Assembly (NCBI GenBank): GCA_038139495.1
Contig: JAYOSY010000002.1
Location: 59,137-123,136, forward strand
DNA from: Porticoccaceae bacterium
GTDB lineage: Bacteria; Pseudomonadota; Gammaproteobacteria; Pseudomonadales; Porticoccaceae
DNA length: 64,000 nt
Direction of reading: 5' to 3'
The position numbers and the translations under genes are program-made. The notes below the pieces were generated by a model, which saw nothing but the letters and a program-made list of their open reading frames with translations, had not been told where the DNA came from and ran no database searches. Position 1 is the first letter of the stretch, and each line of letters starts with the position of its first letter. Of the stretch, positions 33,381 to 45,517 are shown piece after piece.

Positions 33381-34382
33381 TTACCAGCTTTTAAGTACAT
33401 CCAGCATTCTATTGGCATAGCCCCATTCGTTATCAAACCAGATAAGCACTTTAACCAATTTTTGTTGGCTAACTCTGGTTTGACTCGCATCAACAATGCC
33501 ACTTCTTGGGTCATGATTAAAATCACAGGATGCCAGTGGCTCCTCGGTATAACCCAGTATATTTTTTAGCGGGCCCTGAGCGGCTGTAGCTAAGGCTTTG
33601 TTAACCGCCGCTGTATCAACCGGCTGATTAACCAATATGGATAAATCAATTGCCGAGACATTGATTGTCGGGACGCGCATTGCCTGAGCCTGAAAACGTC
33701 CCGCTAAATTCGGCATCAAACGATCAATACCCAAACCAAGGCCAGTATCAACAGGGATAATTGAGTTCATTGCTGCCCGGGTCTTACGTAAATCTGTGTG
33801 GTGGTAAGCGTCCAACACCGGCTGATCATTCATTGCCGAGTGAATGGTTGTGATAACCCCGCCCTCAACAGAAAAATGGGTATCGAGTATCTGAATAACC
33901 GGAACCACGCAGTTGGTTGAGCAAGAGGCGCTAGAAATAATTTTCTCATTACCGGTAAGTTGCTGATGGTTGTAGCCATAAACAATTGTGGCATCAACAT
34001 CCGATTCAGCAGGCTGAGAAAATAACACCCGCTTAGCGCCGCTTTGTAAATGCTGTTCAGCCGTTGTGCGATCACTAAAACTGCCGCTGCACTCTAGTAC
34101 CACATCAATATCTAATTCTGCCCAAGGGAGTTGGCTGAGATTATCTTGATGGACAATGGCAATTGAATCGCCACAGACTTTAATTGCTTTCTCGCTTGAG
34201 GATACTTCACCCAAAAATCGACCATGGGTAGAATCATAGCGCGTTAGGTGAGCAATGGTTTTGTTGTCCGCAGGCTCATTTATAGCCACAATTTTTATCT
34301 GATCTTGTAGCTTTGATTCATAGACCGCCCTTAATACTGAACGGCCTATACGTCCATAGCCATTAATGGCTACGCGAATCAT
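33381..34382 (-). CDS. epd: Erythrose-4-phosphate dehydrogenase (GAPDH family)
   Basis: [36 protein letters not shown]; tkt-epd-pgk-fba order. Confidence 0.92.
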   Translation of the reverse strand: MIRVAINGYGRIGRSVLRAVYESKLQDQIKIVAINEPADNKTIAHLTRYDSTHGRFLGEVSSSEKAIKVCGDSIAIVHQDNLSQLPWAELDIDVVLECSGSFSDRTTAEQHLQSGAKRVLFSQPAESDVDATIVYGYNHQQLTGNEKIISSASCSTNCVVPVIQILDTHFSVEGGVITTIHSAMNDQPVLDAYHHTDLRKTRAAMNSIIPVDTGLGLGIDRLMPNLAGRFQAQAMRVPTINVSAIDLSILVNQPVDTAAVNKALATAAQGPLKNILGYTEEPLASCDFNHDPRSGIVDASQTRVSQQKLVKVLIWFDNEWGYANRMLDVLKSW

Positions 34383-36391
34383 TAGCCTAGGCTCTCCATA
34401 ACCTTAGCCACAACATTTTCAACGGTAAAACCAAATTCTTTCATCAATACCCCTCCAGGTGCTGACTCGCCAAAGCTAGTCATGCCGACAACCGCACCAT
34501 CTAAACCAACAAACTTGTGCCAGTAATCTGCGTGTAACGCCTCAACTGCCACTCGCGCTCTGATTGATTGTGGCAATACAGATTCTTGATAGGCTTTGTC
34601 TTGTTCGCAGAATATTTCTGCACAGGGCATGGATACCACATTAACCGCAATGCCTTTTTCAGCCAATTGCTCTGCAGCCGTCACTGCCAGCTCAACTTCT
34701 GAGCCCGTAGCAATCAAAATTGCCTGTGCATCAGTAGCTTTACGCAAAATATAGCCGCCTCGGCCTACATTGCTTAGCTGCTCATCAGAGCGCGGCATAG
34801 GTGTTAACCCCTGACGACTAAAGACTAGGGCGCTTGGACCATCATTGCGCTCAATAGCAGACTTCCAGCTAACGGCCGATTCAATCGTATCGCAAGGGCG
34901 CCAAGTATGCAGGTTAGGGGTAGCACGCAACGCACTCAATTGTTCCACCGGTTGGTGGGTTGGACCATCTTCACCTAGCCCAATTGAATCGTGGGTGTAC
35001 ACAAAAATGCTTTGTTGCTTCATTAGCGCCGCCATGCGCACAGCATTGCGCGCATATTCCATAAACATTAGGAAGGTAGCACCATAATTAATAAAGCCGC
35101 CATGGAGTGCAATACCATTCATGATCGCACTCATACCAAACTCACGAACACCGTAATACAGGTAGTTACCCTCGGCATTATCGCCGCTAATATCTTTTGA
35201 TCCCGACCAGATGGTAAGGTTTGAGCCAGCCAAGTCAGCCGAGCCGCCGAGCAATTCGGGAAGAAGCGGGCCAAAGGCATTTAGACAATTCTGAGATGCC
35301 TTACGCGAGGCCACTTTTTCCATTTTTTCTTGGCATTCGCGAATATAGGCATCCGCCTTATCGCTAAAATCAGCTGGAAGCTGATCATTAGTTCGGCGCT
35401 CAAATTCAGCGGCTAATTCAGGGTACTCTGACTGATAAGCAGCAAACTTCTCATTCCATGCAGACTGCTCCGCTTGACCTTTTTCTACCCCATTCCAAGC
35501 AGAATAATATTCTTCAGGAATTTCAAAAGCACCATATTCCCAACCTAACTGCTCGCGGGTTAAGGCAATCTCTTCGGCACCCAATGGTGCGCCATGGCAG
35601 TCTTCTTTACCTTGCTTATTGGGTGAGCCAAAGCCAATCACTGTCTTACAGCAGATCAGTGTTGGCTTATCAGAAGCTTGAGCCTGCTTAATAGCTGCAT
35701 CGATGGCCTCAGAATCATGTCCATCTACGGCAGGGATCACCTGCCAGCCATAGGATTCAAAACGCGCTGGTGTGTCATCAGTAAACCAACCGCCATCGCC
35801 ATCAACACCAGCAACATCACCATCAATAGAGATGCCATTATCGTCATAAAAAGCTATCAGCTTACCCAGCTTTAATGTCCCCGCAAGAGAACAAACTTCA
35901 TGGGAGATGCCCTCCATCAAACAGCCATCACCTAGGAATGTATAGGTATGATGATCAACCAGATCGTGGCCCGGTTGATTAAATTGGGCGGCTAAAACTT
36001 TTTCAGCCAATGCCATGCCCACCGCATTACTAATACCCTGACCCAATGGACCCGTAGTAGTTTCAACACCTGGCGCATAACCATATTCAGGATGCCCCGG
36101 GGTTTTTGAATGCAATTGACGGAAATTTTTAATTTCTTCAATGGGTAAATCATAGCCCGTAAGATGCAAAAGAGAATATAGCAACATAGAGCCGTGGCCA
36201 TTGGATAGCACAAAGCGGTCTCTGTTTGCCCAATCTGGGTCCGCAGGATTATGCTTTAAATAATCTCTCCACAGAACTTCGGCGATATCCGCCATACCCA
36301 TTGGGGCACCAGGATGTCCACTGTTAGCCTGTTGAACGGCATCCATACTAAGGGCTCGAATAGCATTTGCGAGGTCTCGACGTGAGGCCAT
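34382..36391 (-). CDS. tkt: Transketolase
   Basis: [20 protein letters not shown] motif, [16 protein letters not shown]; start at ATG 36391 with AGGAG. Confidence 0.97.
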   Translation of the reverse strand: MASRRDLANAIRALSMDAVQQANSGHPGAPMGMADIAEVLWRDYLKHNPADPDWANRDRFVLSNGHGSMLLYSLLHLTGYDLPIEEIKNFRQLHSKTPGHPEYGYAPGVETTTGPLGQGISNAVGMALAEKVLAAQFNQPGHDLVDHHTYTFLGDGCLMEGISHEVCSLAGTLKLGKLIAFYDDNGISIDGDVAGVDGDGGWFTDDTPARFESYGWQVIPAVDGHDSEAIDAAIKQAQASDKPTLICCKTVIGFGSPNKQGKEDCHGAPLGAEEIALTREQLGWEYGAFEIPEEYYSAWNGVEKGQAEQSAWNEKFAAYQSEYPELAAEFERRTNDQLPADFSDKADAYIRECQEKMEKVASRKASQNCLNAFGPLLPELLGGSADLAGSNLTIWSGSKDISGDNAEGNYLYYGVREFGMSAIMNGIALHGGFINYGATFLMFMEYARNAVRMAALMKQQSIFVYTHDSIGLGEDGPTHQPVEQLSALRATPNLHTWRPCDTIESAVSWKSAIERNDGPSALVFSRQGLTPMPRSDEQLSNVGRGGYILRKATDAQAILIATGSEVELAVTAAEQLAEKGIAVNVVSMPCAEIFCEQDKAYQESVLPQSIRARVAVEALHADYWHKFVGLDGAVVGMTSFGESAPGGVLMKEFGFTVENVVAKVMESLG

Positions 36392-36512
36392 GAATTTCAC
36401 TCCTGAACGGGAAAATTTAATGTGCATATTGTCTCTTAGAAGACCTCATCAGTAAACCAGAATTCATTATTTAAGCCGCTGAAATTGCAAATAATTTTAA
36501 TCCTGATATACG

Positions 36513-36546
36513 CATCAAAATATTTTTATATAAAAATATTTTGATG
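36513..36546. promoter_or_regulatory. Perfect 34-bp palindrome, candidate tandem SahR operator
   Basis: CATCAAAATATTTTTAT|ATAAAAATATTTTGATG overlapping -35 of sahR promoter. Confidence 0.7.
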
Positions 36547-36569
36547 GATAATAATGGCTGTGCTAAAAT
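36541..36569 (+). promoter_or_regulatory. sigma70 promoter (extended -10) for sahR-metK-ahcY-metF
   Basis: TTGATG-N17-TAAAAT with TGn extension; start site predicted at ~36576-36577. Confidence 0.65.
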
Positions 36570-36576
36570 TGTGTCT

Positions 36577-37587
36577 ATGTCAGTTAATTCCAGTGTTACA
36601 AGCACGTTTGATCAGACTGCTCCACAGGCAGTTGGCGCCATCGGCATTTTGTGCAAAGCTGCCGGTGATCCTTTGCGCATCCAGATTTTAAAGGTGCTGC
36701 AACAAAACGCCTATGGTGTTTTAGAGCTCTGCCAAATTTTTGATATTCGCCAATCAGCGATGAGCCATCATTTAAAAATACTGTCCAATGCGGGCTTAGT
36801 GTCCTCAAGGCGAGAAGGAACCACTATTTTTTATCGTCGCAATCCACTTAACCCTGATATTGATTTGCAGTCTGTACAACAGGCTCTATTTCAAGCCATC
36901 GATCAGGCTTCTGTGGATCCTAAGTTTGCTGACCGATTAGCCGATATTAATCACGAGCGCGCCAATGCTTCGGTGGAATTCTTTAATCGCAATGTATCTC
37001 TGTTTGAGGAAAATCAGGATTTAATTGCCAGCTGGTCAGACTATGGCGACAGCGTAGAAAGCCTTTTAGATAGCTCTATTCAGGCGACAAATTCTGCACT
37101 AGAAATCGGCCCTGGTTATGGTCAGTTTCTTAAAAAACTATCTGCATCATTTGATCAGGTAATCGCCCTAGATAATAGCGCCGAAATGTTGGAACAGTGT
37201 GAACAGCGCAGCAAAAAGCAGGGACTCACTAATATTCGTTTTCAGCATGGTGATACCTTTGCCGCTATCGACAAGGGCATTAGCAGTGATTTTGTTTCTC
37301 TGAATATGGTGCTACATCACAACCCTACGCCCGGCGATATTATTAAACACTGTGCCGAATTACTTAACGACAATGGCATTTTGCTAATTACTGACCTCTG
37401 CGGCCATGATCAAGACTGGGTTAAGCAGTCCTGTGGTGATCTTTGGCTTGGCTTTGATCCAGAGGAAATCACGGACTGGGCCAAGCGCGCTCAACTGGCC
37501 GAGGGAAATAGTCTTTTCCTTACTCAGCGCAATGGATTTCGCATTCAGGTGCGTCAATTTAAAAAACTTCCAAATATAGAGATTTAA
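36577..37587 (+). CDS. sahR: ArsR-HTH + SAM-methyltransferase-domain regulator (SahR)
   Basis: [20 protein letters not shown] fused to LEIGPGYG methyltransferase fold; heads metK-ahcY-metF. Confidence 0.85.
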   Translation: MSVNSSVTSTFDQTAPQAVGAIGILCKAAGDPLRIQILKVLQQNAYGVLELCQIFDIRQSAMSHHLKILSNAGLVSSRREGTTIFYRRNPLNPDIDLQSVQQALFQAIDQASVDPKFADRLADINHERANASVEFFNRNVSLFEENQDLIASWSDYGDSVESLLDSSIQATNSALEIGPGYGQFLKKLSASFDQVIALDNSAEMLEQCEQRSKKQGLTNIRFQHGDTFAAIDKGISSDFVSLNMVLHHNPTPGDIIKHCAELLNDNGILLITDLCGHDQDWVKQSCGDLWLGFDPEEITDWAKRAQLAEGNSLFLTQRNGFRIQVRQFKKLPNIEI

Positions 37588-37600
37588 TCAAGGATTTTTA

Positions 37601-38755
37601 ATGTCTACTTATAATATTTTTACATCGGAATCAGTATCTGAAGGCCATCCGGATAAAATGGCGGATCAAATTTCTGATGCCGTTCTGGATGCCATTATTG
37701 CCGATGACCCCCATTCACGGGTTGCAGTCGAAACTATGGTAAAAACCGGCATGGCGATTATTGCCGGCGAGGTGCGCACTAAAACCTACGTGGATTTAGA
37801 GCAAATTGTTCGCGATGTGATCACTGATATCGGCTATGACCACTCAGATAAAGGGTTTGATGGCAATTCCTGTGCTGTACTTAATGCTATTGGCAAACAG
37901 TCTTCAGATATCGCTCAAGGCGTAGATGAGGCTGAGGATAAAGATATAGGTGCAGGGGATCAGGGATTAATGTTTGGCTATGCCAGCAATGAAACTGATG
38001 TGCTTATGCCAGCGCCTATTTTCTACTCTCACCGCTTAGTCGAGCGTCAGGCTCAGCTCAGAAAAAGCGGTGCGCTGCCATGGCTTCGCCCCGATGCCAA
38101 AAGTCAAGTCACGTTGAGATATGATCAGGGTGTTCCAGTGGCTGTTGATGCGGTTGTACTATCTACACAGCATTCACCAGATATTTCTCAAAAAGATCTT
38201 CAAGCGGCTGTGCGCAGTGAAATAGTCGACCATGTCCTGCCTGCCGAGTGGCTGCATGAGGGCACTCAATACCATATCAACCCAACCGGCAACTTTGAAA
38301 TCGGCGGGCCGATGGGTGATTGCGGTCTCACTGGACGAAAAATTATTGTCGATACCTATGGTGGCATGGCGCACCATGGTGGGGGTGCATTTTCTGGCAA
38401 GGATCCCACTAAAGTAGATCGTTCAGCGGCCTATGCTGGTCGCTATGTGGCAAAAAATATTGTGGCTGCTGGGTTGGCAGATCGCTGCGAGATTCAGGTT
38501 TCCTATGCCATCGGCGTTTCAGAGCCTACTTCCATCAGTGTCAACACATTTGGCACCGGCAAGCTATCTGATGAAAAAATTGTAGAGCTGGTTCGCGAGC
38601 ACTTTGATTTGCGACCTAGAGGATTAATCGAGATGCTCGATCTGCGCAGACCAATCTACCGTAAAACTGCCTCTTATGGGCATTTTGGCCGCACTGAATC
38701 AAGCTTCACTTGGGAAAAAACTGATCGAGCAGCGGCGCTTAAAAAAGCGCTGTAG
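37601..38755 (+). CDS. metK: S-adenosylmethionine synthetase
   Basis: [28 protein letters not shown]. Confidence 0.98.
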   Translation: MSTYNIFTSESVSEGHPDKMADQISDAVLDAIIADDPHSRVAVETMVKTGMAIIAGEVRTKTYVDLEQIVRDVITDIGYDHSDKGFDGNSCAVLNAIGKQSSDIAQGVDEAEDKDIGAGDQGLMFGYASNETDVLMPAPIFYSHRLVERQAQLRKSGALPWLRPDAKSQVTLRYDQGVPVAVDAVVLSTQHSPDISQKDLQAAVRSEIVDHVLPAEWLHEGTQYHINPTGNFEIGGPMGDCGLTGRKIIVDTYGGMAHHGGGAFSGKDPTKVDRSAAYAGRYVAKNIVAAGLADRCEIQVSYAIGVSEPTSISVNTFGTGKLSDEKIVELVREHFDLRPRGLIEMLDLRRPIYRKTASYGHFGRTESSFTWEKTDRAAALKKAL

Positions 38756-38782
38756 CTAATAGACACATTAAAGGTAACCAAT

Positions 38783-40174
38783 ATGACCGTACTAAAGTCC
38801 GTAAAAAACAGCGCGCCATTCACTGATTATAAAGTGGCCGATATCAACTTAGCCGAGTGGGGTAGAAAAGAAATCTCCATTGCTGAATCAGAAATGCCTG
38901 CACTGATGGCGCTTCGCAGTAAATACCATGCTGAGCAACCACTGTCTGGCGCAAGAATTTTGGGCTGTATCCATATGACCATCCAAACCGCAGTCCTTAT
39001 CGAGACTCTAGAGTCTCTAGGTGCAGAGGTTCGTTGGACTTCTTGTAATATTTTCTCGACCCAGGATCACGCAGCAGCCGCTATTGCCGCTAATGGCACC
39101 CCTGTTTTTGCCTGGAAAGGTGAAACGGAAGAAGAATATGACTGGTGCTTGGAACAACAGGTGCTAAAAGATGGTGAACCTTGGAATGCCAATATGGTGC
39201 TAGACGATGGCGGTGATCTAACTGCTTTATTACATCAAAAATACCCACAGGTTCTGGACAATGTTCACGGTATTACTGAAGAAACCACAACTGGTGTTCA
39301 TCGCTTATATGAAATGCTTGAAGCAGGCGAGCTAAAGGTGCCAGCTATTAATGTGAATGACTCAGTGACCAAGTCAAAAAATGACAACAAATACGGCTGT
39401 CGCCACAGCCTCAATGATGCCATTAAGCGCGCCACTGACCACCTATTATCGGGCAAGAAAGCACTGGTAATTGGTTACGGTGATGTGGGCAAGGGCTCAG
39501 CTCAATCACTGCGTCAAGAGGGCATGATTGTTAAGGTCACTGAAGTGGATCCAATCTGCGCCATGCAAGCATGCATGGATGGCTTTGAAGTGGTTTCAAC
39601 GTATAACGACGGCGACATTAATCAAGGTGTGAATGCTGATTTATTAGCCACTACTGACTTATTGGTGACCACCACCGGTAACTATAATGTATGCGATTCA
39701 AGCGTGCTCAACGCCCTTAAAAGTGGCTGCGTCGTCTGTAATATTGGTCACTTCGATAATGAAATCGATACTGCTTATATGCGTGAAACTTGGCATTGGG
39801 AAGAGGTCAAGCCACAGGTCCACAAGGTATATCGCGACCAAGAGAGCAATGATCATCTGCTACTGCTCGCAGAAGGACGCTTGGTCAATCTTGGCAATGC
39901 AACCGGCCACCCAAGCCGAATTATGGATGGCTCCTTTGCCAATCAGGTGTTAGCGCAAATTGAACTCTATGGTCGCGGCTTTGCCAATCAAGATAAGGCT
40001 ACTCAGGCTGAATTGCTAGGTGTTGAAGTGTTGCCAAAACATCTTGATGAAGAAGTTGCTGCTCACATGGTGAGTGGTTTTGGCGGTGTTATCACCAAGC
40101 TAACTCAGGCACAGGCGGACTATATCAGCGTATCTGTTGATGGCCCATTCAAAAACGACAGCTACAAGTACTAA
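38783..40174 (+). CDS. ahcY: Adenosylhomocysteinase
   Basis: [37 protein letters not shown]. Confidence 0.97.
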   Translation: MTVLKSVKNSAPFTDYKVADINLAEWGRKEISIAESEMPALMALRSKYHAEQPLSGARILGCIHMTIQTAVLIETLESLGAEVRWTSCNIFSTQDHAAAAIAANGTPVFAWKGETEEEYDWCLEQQVLKDGEPWNANMVLDDGGDLTALLHQKYPQVLDNVHGITEETTTGVHRLYEMLEAGELKVPAINVNDSVTKSKNDNKYGCRHSLNDAIKRATDHLLSGKKALVIGYGDVGKGSAQSLRQEGMIVKVTEVDPICAMQACMDGFEVVSTYNDGDINQGVNADLLATTDLLVTTTGNYNVCDSSVLNALKSGCVVCNIGHFDNEIDTAYMRETWHWEEVKPQVHKVYRDQESNDHLLLLAEGRLVNLGNATGHPSRIMDGSFANQVLAQIELYGRGFANQDKATQAELLGVEVLPKHLDEEVAAHMVSGFGGVITKLTQAQADYISVSVDGPFKNDSYKY

Positions 40175-40190
40175 ATAAAACGGATCTTTT

Positions 40191-41036
40191 ATGGCCACAC
40201 AACCACATATTAGCTTTGAGTTTTTTGCAGCAAAAACTGAGCAGGGTCGTCAGAAACTGCAAATCACCTGTGAAAAACTCAACCGCTATAACCCAGAATT
40301 TTACTCTGTCACCTATGGTGCCGGCGGGTCAACCCGTGATACCACCAAACAGCTGGTATTGGATCTTCAGCATGAAGGCTACGAGGCCGCGCCGCATCTG
40401 TCTTTTGGCGGTGATAGTCAAGAGACTGTTCTAGGCTTAATTAGCGAGTATCAGCAAGCCGGCATATCAAACCTCGTGGCACTGCGCGGAGACTTGCCAT
40501 CAGGGATCGGCGGCACCACACAGCTAGTACATGCCAATGAACTAGTGGCATTGATTCGCGAAAAAACCGGTGATCACTTCGATATCAATGTCGCGGCCTA
40601 CCCAGAAATTCATCCGGAAGCCGAAAGCTACAGCAAGGATATTTATTGGCTAGGTGAAAAATTTAAGGCCGGTGCTAACCGAGCGATCACCCAGTATTTT
40701 TACAACCCAGATGCGTATTTTCAATTTGTTGAAAGCTGCCAAAAAGCGGGCATCGACAAGCCCATAGTGCCAGGGATTATGCCTCTAACTAATTTCCAGA
40801 ACCTACTGCGATTCTCTGAAAACTGTGGTGCAGAAATTCCACGCTGGTTACAGTGGCAGTTAAAAGAGCGCAAAGATAATCAGGAAGATTTGATTAACTA
40901 CGGGATTGAAATTGTTTCTAATCTTTGTGAAACCCTTTTGGCTGGAGGTGCGCCGGGACTGCATTTTTACACCATGAATCAATGGCAAATTTCCGATAAG
41001 CTCTGTCAAAATATCGGACTGGAAAGCAACGGCTAA
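40191..41036 (+). CDS. metF: 5,10-methylenetetrahydrofolate reductase
   Basis: SFEFF, SVTYGAGG, ALRGD, AYPE.HP, ITQYF, GLHFYT. Confidence 0.95.
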   Translation: MATQPHISFEFFAAKTEQGRQKLQITCEKLNRYNPEFYSVTYGAGGSTRDTTKQLVLDLQHEGYEAAPHLSFGGDSQETVLGLISEYQQAGISNLVALRGDLPSGIGGTTQLVHANELVALIREKTGDHFDINVAAYPEIHPEAESYSKDIYWLGEKFKAGANRAITQYFYNPDAYFQFVESCQKAGIDKPIVPGIMPLTNFQNLLRFSENCGAEIPRWLQWQLKERKDNQEDLINYGIEIVSNLCETLLAGGAPGLHFYTMNQWQISDKLCQNIGLESNG

Positions 41037-41039
41037 GCC

Positions 41040-41771
41040 ATGCGCATACCCAGAGTTTATTCCCCGCAGACTATGGAAGTTGGCGACTGCATTGAGCTTG
41101 AAGCAGGTGCGGCACGCCATTTGACCTCTGCGTTGCGAATGAGCTCTGGCCAGCTGATTACCCTATTTAACGGTCAAGGTGGTCAATACGGCGCCGAATT
41201 AATCGAGGCCAAAAAAGGCAAAGCCACCGCTACCATTAAAAGCTTTGAAGCTGTAGAGCGCGAGTCACCATTAGGAATTCATCTAGCTATTGGTATTTCT
41301 CGTGGCGAACGCATGGATTGGATTGTGCAAAAAGCCACTGAGCTTGGTGTGAGTGAAATCACACCCCTGTTTACCGAGCGCTGTGAAGTAAAGCTTAGCG
41401 GCGATCGGCTGGAAAAGAAGATTAGTCACTGGCAACAGGTGGCGATTAGTGCCTGTGAGCAGAGTCAGCGCAATACAGTACCTGAAATCAATACAGCATT
41501 AAAAATTGACCAGTGGCAAGCTAATTGCGATGCTTCTCTAAAGTTAGTGCTTCATCATCGCACTGAGTCACATATTGCCAACATGCCCAAGCCCAGCGGC
41601 CAAATCGCATTATTAATCGGTCCCGAAGGTGGCCTAAGTGAGCGCGAAATTGAAAAGGCAATAGCCCAAGATTTCCAATCGCTTGCATTGGGCCCAAGAG
41701 TACTGCGTACCGAAACCGCACCACTGGCAGCTATTTCCATTCTGCAATCCCTTTGGGGAGATATGGGATAG
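41040..41771 (+). CDS. rsmE: 16S rRNA m3U1498 methyltransferase
   Basis: QKATELGV, ACEQS, IGPEGG, LGPRVLRTETA. Confidence 0.96.
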   Translation: MRIPRVYSPQTMEVGDCIELEAGAARHLTSALRMSSGQLITLFNGQGGQYGAELIEAKKGKATATIKSFEAVERESPLGIHLAIGISRGERMDWIVQKATELGVSEITPLFTERCEVKLSGDRLEKKISHWQQVAISACEQSQRNTVPEINTALKIDQWQANCDASLKLVLHHRTESHIANMPKPSGQIALLIGPEGGLSEREIEKAIAQDFQSLALGPRVLRTETAPLAAISILQSLWGDMG

Positions 41772-42508
41772 TGGCACAGAGGCTAGGCAGAACAAATGTT
41801 AGCCTGCTAACTCTAGTCTCTGTCCTTTTGATGCTAAGCGCACCCCCTATTCAAGCCGCCGATTACAGCCAAGCGGTAGGCTCTATTTACTGCGATGGCG
41901 CTATTCGTGGAATAGCCACACATATTGATACACTTAAAGACTCACAAGATCAGTCGGTTATTGTGACTGCCGCCCATGTAATTTATAACCCACAAACCGA
42001 CCAGCTATTTAACCAATGCCAATATAGGCCTCAAAATAAACGGCTCAGTGGCATTGGCTTTAAAACAATATCCACACACAATTACTCGGTAAACAACACC
42101 CATAAAATTGCGCAAGCTGAAAGCGACCTTGTTTTTATACGCCTAAAAAACAGAGTCCATCAGCCTAGGCTTAAGCTAGCGCAGGATTTTTCTAAAGCAG
42201 TGTCAGAGTTTTCTTTTATTAGTCCTGATTTAGACGGTTTTAAAATGACTAGATGTTACAAAATTGACCACCACCATCTCAATAGCGAGAAATTAGTGCT
42301 TCATAACTGCCCTGCTCGAGAAGGTAGCTCAGGAAGTCCTATTTTAGATAGCGCAAGTGGGGATATTATCGCCGTGCATGGCGGTAGATTTATTGTTCAG
42401 ACAGCAAAAAATGGTGCAGAAAATACTCAATGGATCGGACAGGCAAGGCGAATTGACTTAATAATGCTCAACATTTTCCATCGCCTTACGGCCCAAAAGC
42501 CCCACTAA
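41771..42508 (+). CDS. Secreted trypsin-like serine protease
   Basis: Signal peptide, TAAH (His), ESDL (Asp), GSSGSP (Ser); likely GTG start overlapping rsmE stop. Confidence 0.75.
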   Translation: MAQRLGRTNVSLLTLVSVLLMLSAPPIQAADYSQAVGSIYCDGAIRGIATHIDTLKDSQDQSVIVTAAHVIYNPQTDQLFNQCQYRPQNKRLSGIGFKTISTHNYSVNNTHKIAQAESDLVFIRLKNRVHQPRLKLAQDFSKAVSEFSFISPDLDGFKMTRCYKIDHHHLNSEKLVLHNCPAREGSSGSPILDSASGDIIAVHGGRFIVQTAKNGAENTQWIGQARRIDLIMLNIFHRLTAQKPH

Positions 42509-42511
42509 GCC

Positions 42512-44407
42512 TTACATATCTGAAAAAGGGTTTTCCATATCAAAGGCAATATTTTGAGCATAACCTGGAACACTAATGCCCTCTTTGGTAATGCTTACCT
42601 TATCTTCATCGACCAAAGCCTCACCAAAACGATAAACAACATCTAGCTGAGCAATATCAGCACGATTGGCATAGGCTTCGGCATTCTTTCTCGTTACTTC
42701 TCGCTTGGCAAAGTAAGCTTCTAGTTGTTCACCATAACGTGCCGCCATCATTTTCTCTGCCTGCTGGGGGGATAGCACCATTGCCGTCGCGTTATTTCCG
42801 CCAAAGCCCTTAGAGTTAATAAAGGCAACATGCATATTGTTGTCACTCATATCCATATCTTGCAGTGGGAATACCGTGTGTTGCTGATTAACATCATCTG
42901 CCACTTTACTAATGGTTTTGATACCGGGAATAATTTGATACTTAAAGGTGCCCAATGCGGACATTAACTGATCACCACTAGCGGTTGAAATGGTATGGCC
43001 CACATAGGATTTAACCGCAGTTACCGGCCAATCATTAATATCAAAAGCCTCAGCGACTTGGTTAATTAAATTAGATTCGGTGGTGCGATTTGCCGGGGTA
43101 CTGGAACCATGAGCATGCACAAAACTATTATTTTGAACGGTTTCTTTGCCAACAATATTGACAGCTGAGGCGACAGCCTTAGCGAAAGAAATGGTATTAC
43201 CAACACCGGGAGCAGAGATAGACTTTTTAACCCCATCGGCATTAATAAATATATCGGGTACAGCACCGTGAATATCTGCGCCTAATTCGACGGTTAACGC
43301 ATCATCCATCAACACAACGTATTGCGTTCCTTCGGCTAGCGTAAAGCCACAATTTTCGCCGAAAGGTCGACTAGCGCGGCGCCAATCTGGCGTATCAGCA
43401 CCATCTAATTTGGCTAAATTTTCATCACTACCCAGAGCACTCATATTAGAGAAGCCTTCGGAAACCTCCGGCATGATCACTGCCTCCGCATTGCCCACAA
43501 TGGCAACACGACGCACACCGCTGCGAATATCTCTAACTGCCGCCTGCAAACAATAAAGGAAGGTTGCACAGGCACCTGTAATCGCTTCAGTATGACCGAC
43601 ACTGCCGAGAACATAGGCATTAATAAAATCGGCAGGCATGGAATTCAAACCCATAGGCACCTGTTTAGCGGTAGTTCTTCCGCCTTTTAGCCGCGCCTGA
43701 AATAGACCGCCAAAGCCTTCTTCACTCATTTGGCTAAAGCCGCTTGAGGAGTAAACGCCTATCTGATCAGGCTTAACGGCATCGGCAATGGTTTGCCACC
43801 CAACACCTACCGAATGCAACGCATCACTGGCACCCATTAATGCCATCTGTAAAGTACGCGGATGGAAACGTGCGTTGTAGTGGTCAGCAGGATCAAACCC
43901 TTGGGGTAGCTCCCCCGCAGCTTTTGCCGCCAATTCATAATCAGAAGCCACTAACAAATCGCTGTCCTCACTCAACTTAACTTGAAAGGTACCATCCTCT
44001 AGATCGGTTAACTGCCAGTGCTTAGGAGTCACTGTGGGTAAGTCGCGCTTGGCAATAGTAAATACCGGTTGTGACTCAGCACATGCACTGAGACTCACTT
44101 TTTTATTGCCAGAAACTGCACTGGGATCAAAAGAGCTGATTTTTCTAACTAACGTGCCACTTAACACTGTACTGCGGAATTGCTTATCGACTTCGGAAGC
44201 ATCAATAATTTGCGCATCTGCTGTCTCAAAGCCCTGATCTGTGGCCTTTATTAGACCCATAAGGCAGGCAAGACTAACAATAGTCTGCTGTTGTTGGCTT
44301 TGCGGTAATGACTCAAGAATCATGCGGCGAAACGCCTGATCTGATGAGCTGCGACCAGCAGCGTTATAGCCGCCGTAACCCACAATAAGTGGCAGTGAAA
44401 CTGACAT
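42512..44407 (-). CDS. fabY: Beta-ketoacyl-ACP synthase FabY type
   Basis: LP.IVG.GG.NAAGRSS N-terminus, GACATF catalytic Cys, HAHGSST, NSKGFGGNN; ~630 aa. Confidence 0.88.
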   Translation of the reverse strand: MSVSLPLIVGYGGYNAAGRSSSDQAFRRMILESLPQSQQQQTIVSLACLMGLIKATDQGFETADAQIIDASEVDKQFRSTVLSGTLVRKISSFDPSAVSGNKKVSLSACAESQPVFTIAKRDLPTVTPKHWQLTDLEDGTFQVKLSEDSDLLVASDYELAAKAAGELPQGFDPADHYNARFHPRTLQMALMGASDALHSVGVGWQTIADAVKPDQIGVYSSSGFSQMSEEGFGGLFQARLKGGRTTAKQVPMGLNSMPADFINAYVLGSVGHTEAITGACATFLYCLQAAVRDIRSGVRRVAIVGNAEAVIMPEVSEGFSNMSALGSDENLAKLDGADTPDWRRASRPFGENCGFTLAEGTQYVVLMDDALTVELGADIHGAVPDIFINADGVKKSISAPGVGNTISFAKAVASAVNIVGKETVQNNSFVHAHGSSTPANRTTESNLINQVAEAFDINDWPVTAVKSYVGHTISTASGDQLMSALGTFKYQIIPGIKTISKVADDVNQQHTVFPLQDMDMSDNNMHVAFINSKGFGGNNATAMVLSPQQAEKMMAARYGEQLEAYFAKREVTRKNAEAYANRADIAQLDVVYRFGEALVDEDKVSITKEGISVPGYAQNIAFDMENPFSDM

Positions 44408-44524
44408 TCCCTCTTTCCTTTTTAAATAAGCTTATAGGTTAATTGTAAACACATTTTTTACCTATTTATTTAATATTTAAGCCATATTCATTAATTTTTA
44501 AGACTTTTATGGTATATTAAAGCC

Positions 44525-45508
44525 ATGATTTTCAATCTCACACTTTTGCTTTGCGACAACATGTTGGTTTCTAGCACTACATTAGCTGCAGAAATTTTCA
44601 AATTTGCGCAAACAGCAGCCCTTGCTAATCGCGATGAGGTAAAGAAAGTTAAAATTCGTTGGCTTAGCCCAAATGGAAAACCGGTTAAAACGTCTGCCGG
44701 CTTTGAATTGCAGCCAACCCACAGTCTTAATGATTTATTTGATAGTGATCTAGTGCATATCCCTGCTATGTGGCGAAACCCAAGGCCAGTAGTGAATAAA
44801 TACCCATCATTAATTTCCTGGCTACAAAATCAACATAAAAAGAATTCAAAATTTACGGCTGTGGGAACAGGCGTCTGCTTTTTAGCGGAGGCGGGCCTGT
44901 TAGACGATAAACCGGCTACCACGCATTGGCATTATTTCGATCAATTTCAACGGTGTTACCCAAATGTGCAACTAGAACGCCAACGGTTTACTACACAAGC
45001 CGGCAATATTTACTGTGCTGCTAGCGTTAATGCCATGGCTGAGTTAATTATGCATCAGGTTGAGCGCATCTTTGGGCGGGTTATTGCTAAACAGGCACAG
45101 CGTAACTTTTTTCACGAAATTCGCAATCTATCGGAGTCAGCTAGCCTAGAAAGTGACAGGCAAAGAAAACATGGCGATGAAGTTGTTGCGCAGGCACAAA
45201 TTTGGATTCAAGATAATCTGGCTAAAGTACTCAGTGTTCCAAGCTTGGCGCTACAATTTAATATGACAACCCGCACCTTTAATCGACGCTTTAAAAAGGC
45301 AACCGGTCAAACGCCCGTCGATTACATGACAAATACACGTATGACTTTTGCCTGTGACCTTTTAAAGAACACAGATTTATCTATTTTGGAAGTTGCGGAA
45401 TTTAGTGGGTTTAAGGACGCGACTTGGTTTTCATCACGTTTTAGGCAATGGTCTGGCGATACGCCAAAAGCATATCGCCAAACGGTTAGAGCAAAATTAT
45501 TTAATTGA
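44525..45508 (+). CDS. GlxA-family AraC regulator (DJ-1/PfpI + HTH)
   Basis: LAEAGLLD..PATTHW, C-terminal AraC double HTH. Confidence 0.9.
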   Translation: MIFNLTLLLCDNMLVSSTTLAAEIFKFAQTAALANRDEVKKVKIRWLSPNGKPVKTSAGFELQPTHSLNDLFDSDLVHIPAMWRNPRPVVNKYPSLISWLQNQHKKNSKFTAVGTGVCFLAEAGLLDDKPATTHWHYFDQFQRCYPNVQLERQRFTTQAGNIYCAASVNAMAELIMHQVERIFGRVIAKQAQRNFFHEIRNLSESASLESDRQRKHGDEVVAQAQIWIQDNLAKVLSVPSLALQFNMTTRTFNRRFKKATGQTPVDYMTNTRMTFACDLLKNTDLSILEVAEFSGFKDATWFSSRFRQWSGDTPKAYRQTVRAKLFN

Positions 45509-45517
45509 ACCTATTGC

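Noticed and set aside
36430-38783. SAM or SAH riboswitch upstream of metK/ahcY
   Set aside because: Intergenic gaps are 13-27 nt; regulation is better explained by SahR and its palindrome
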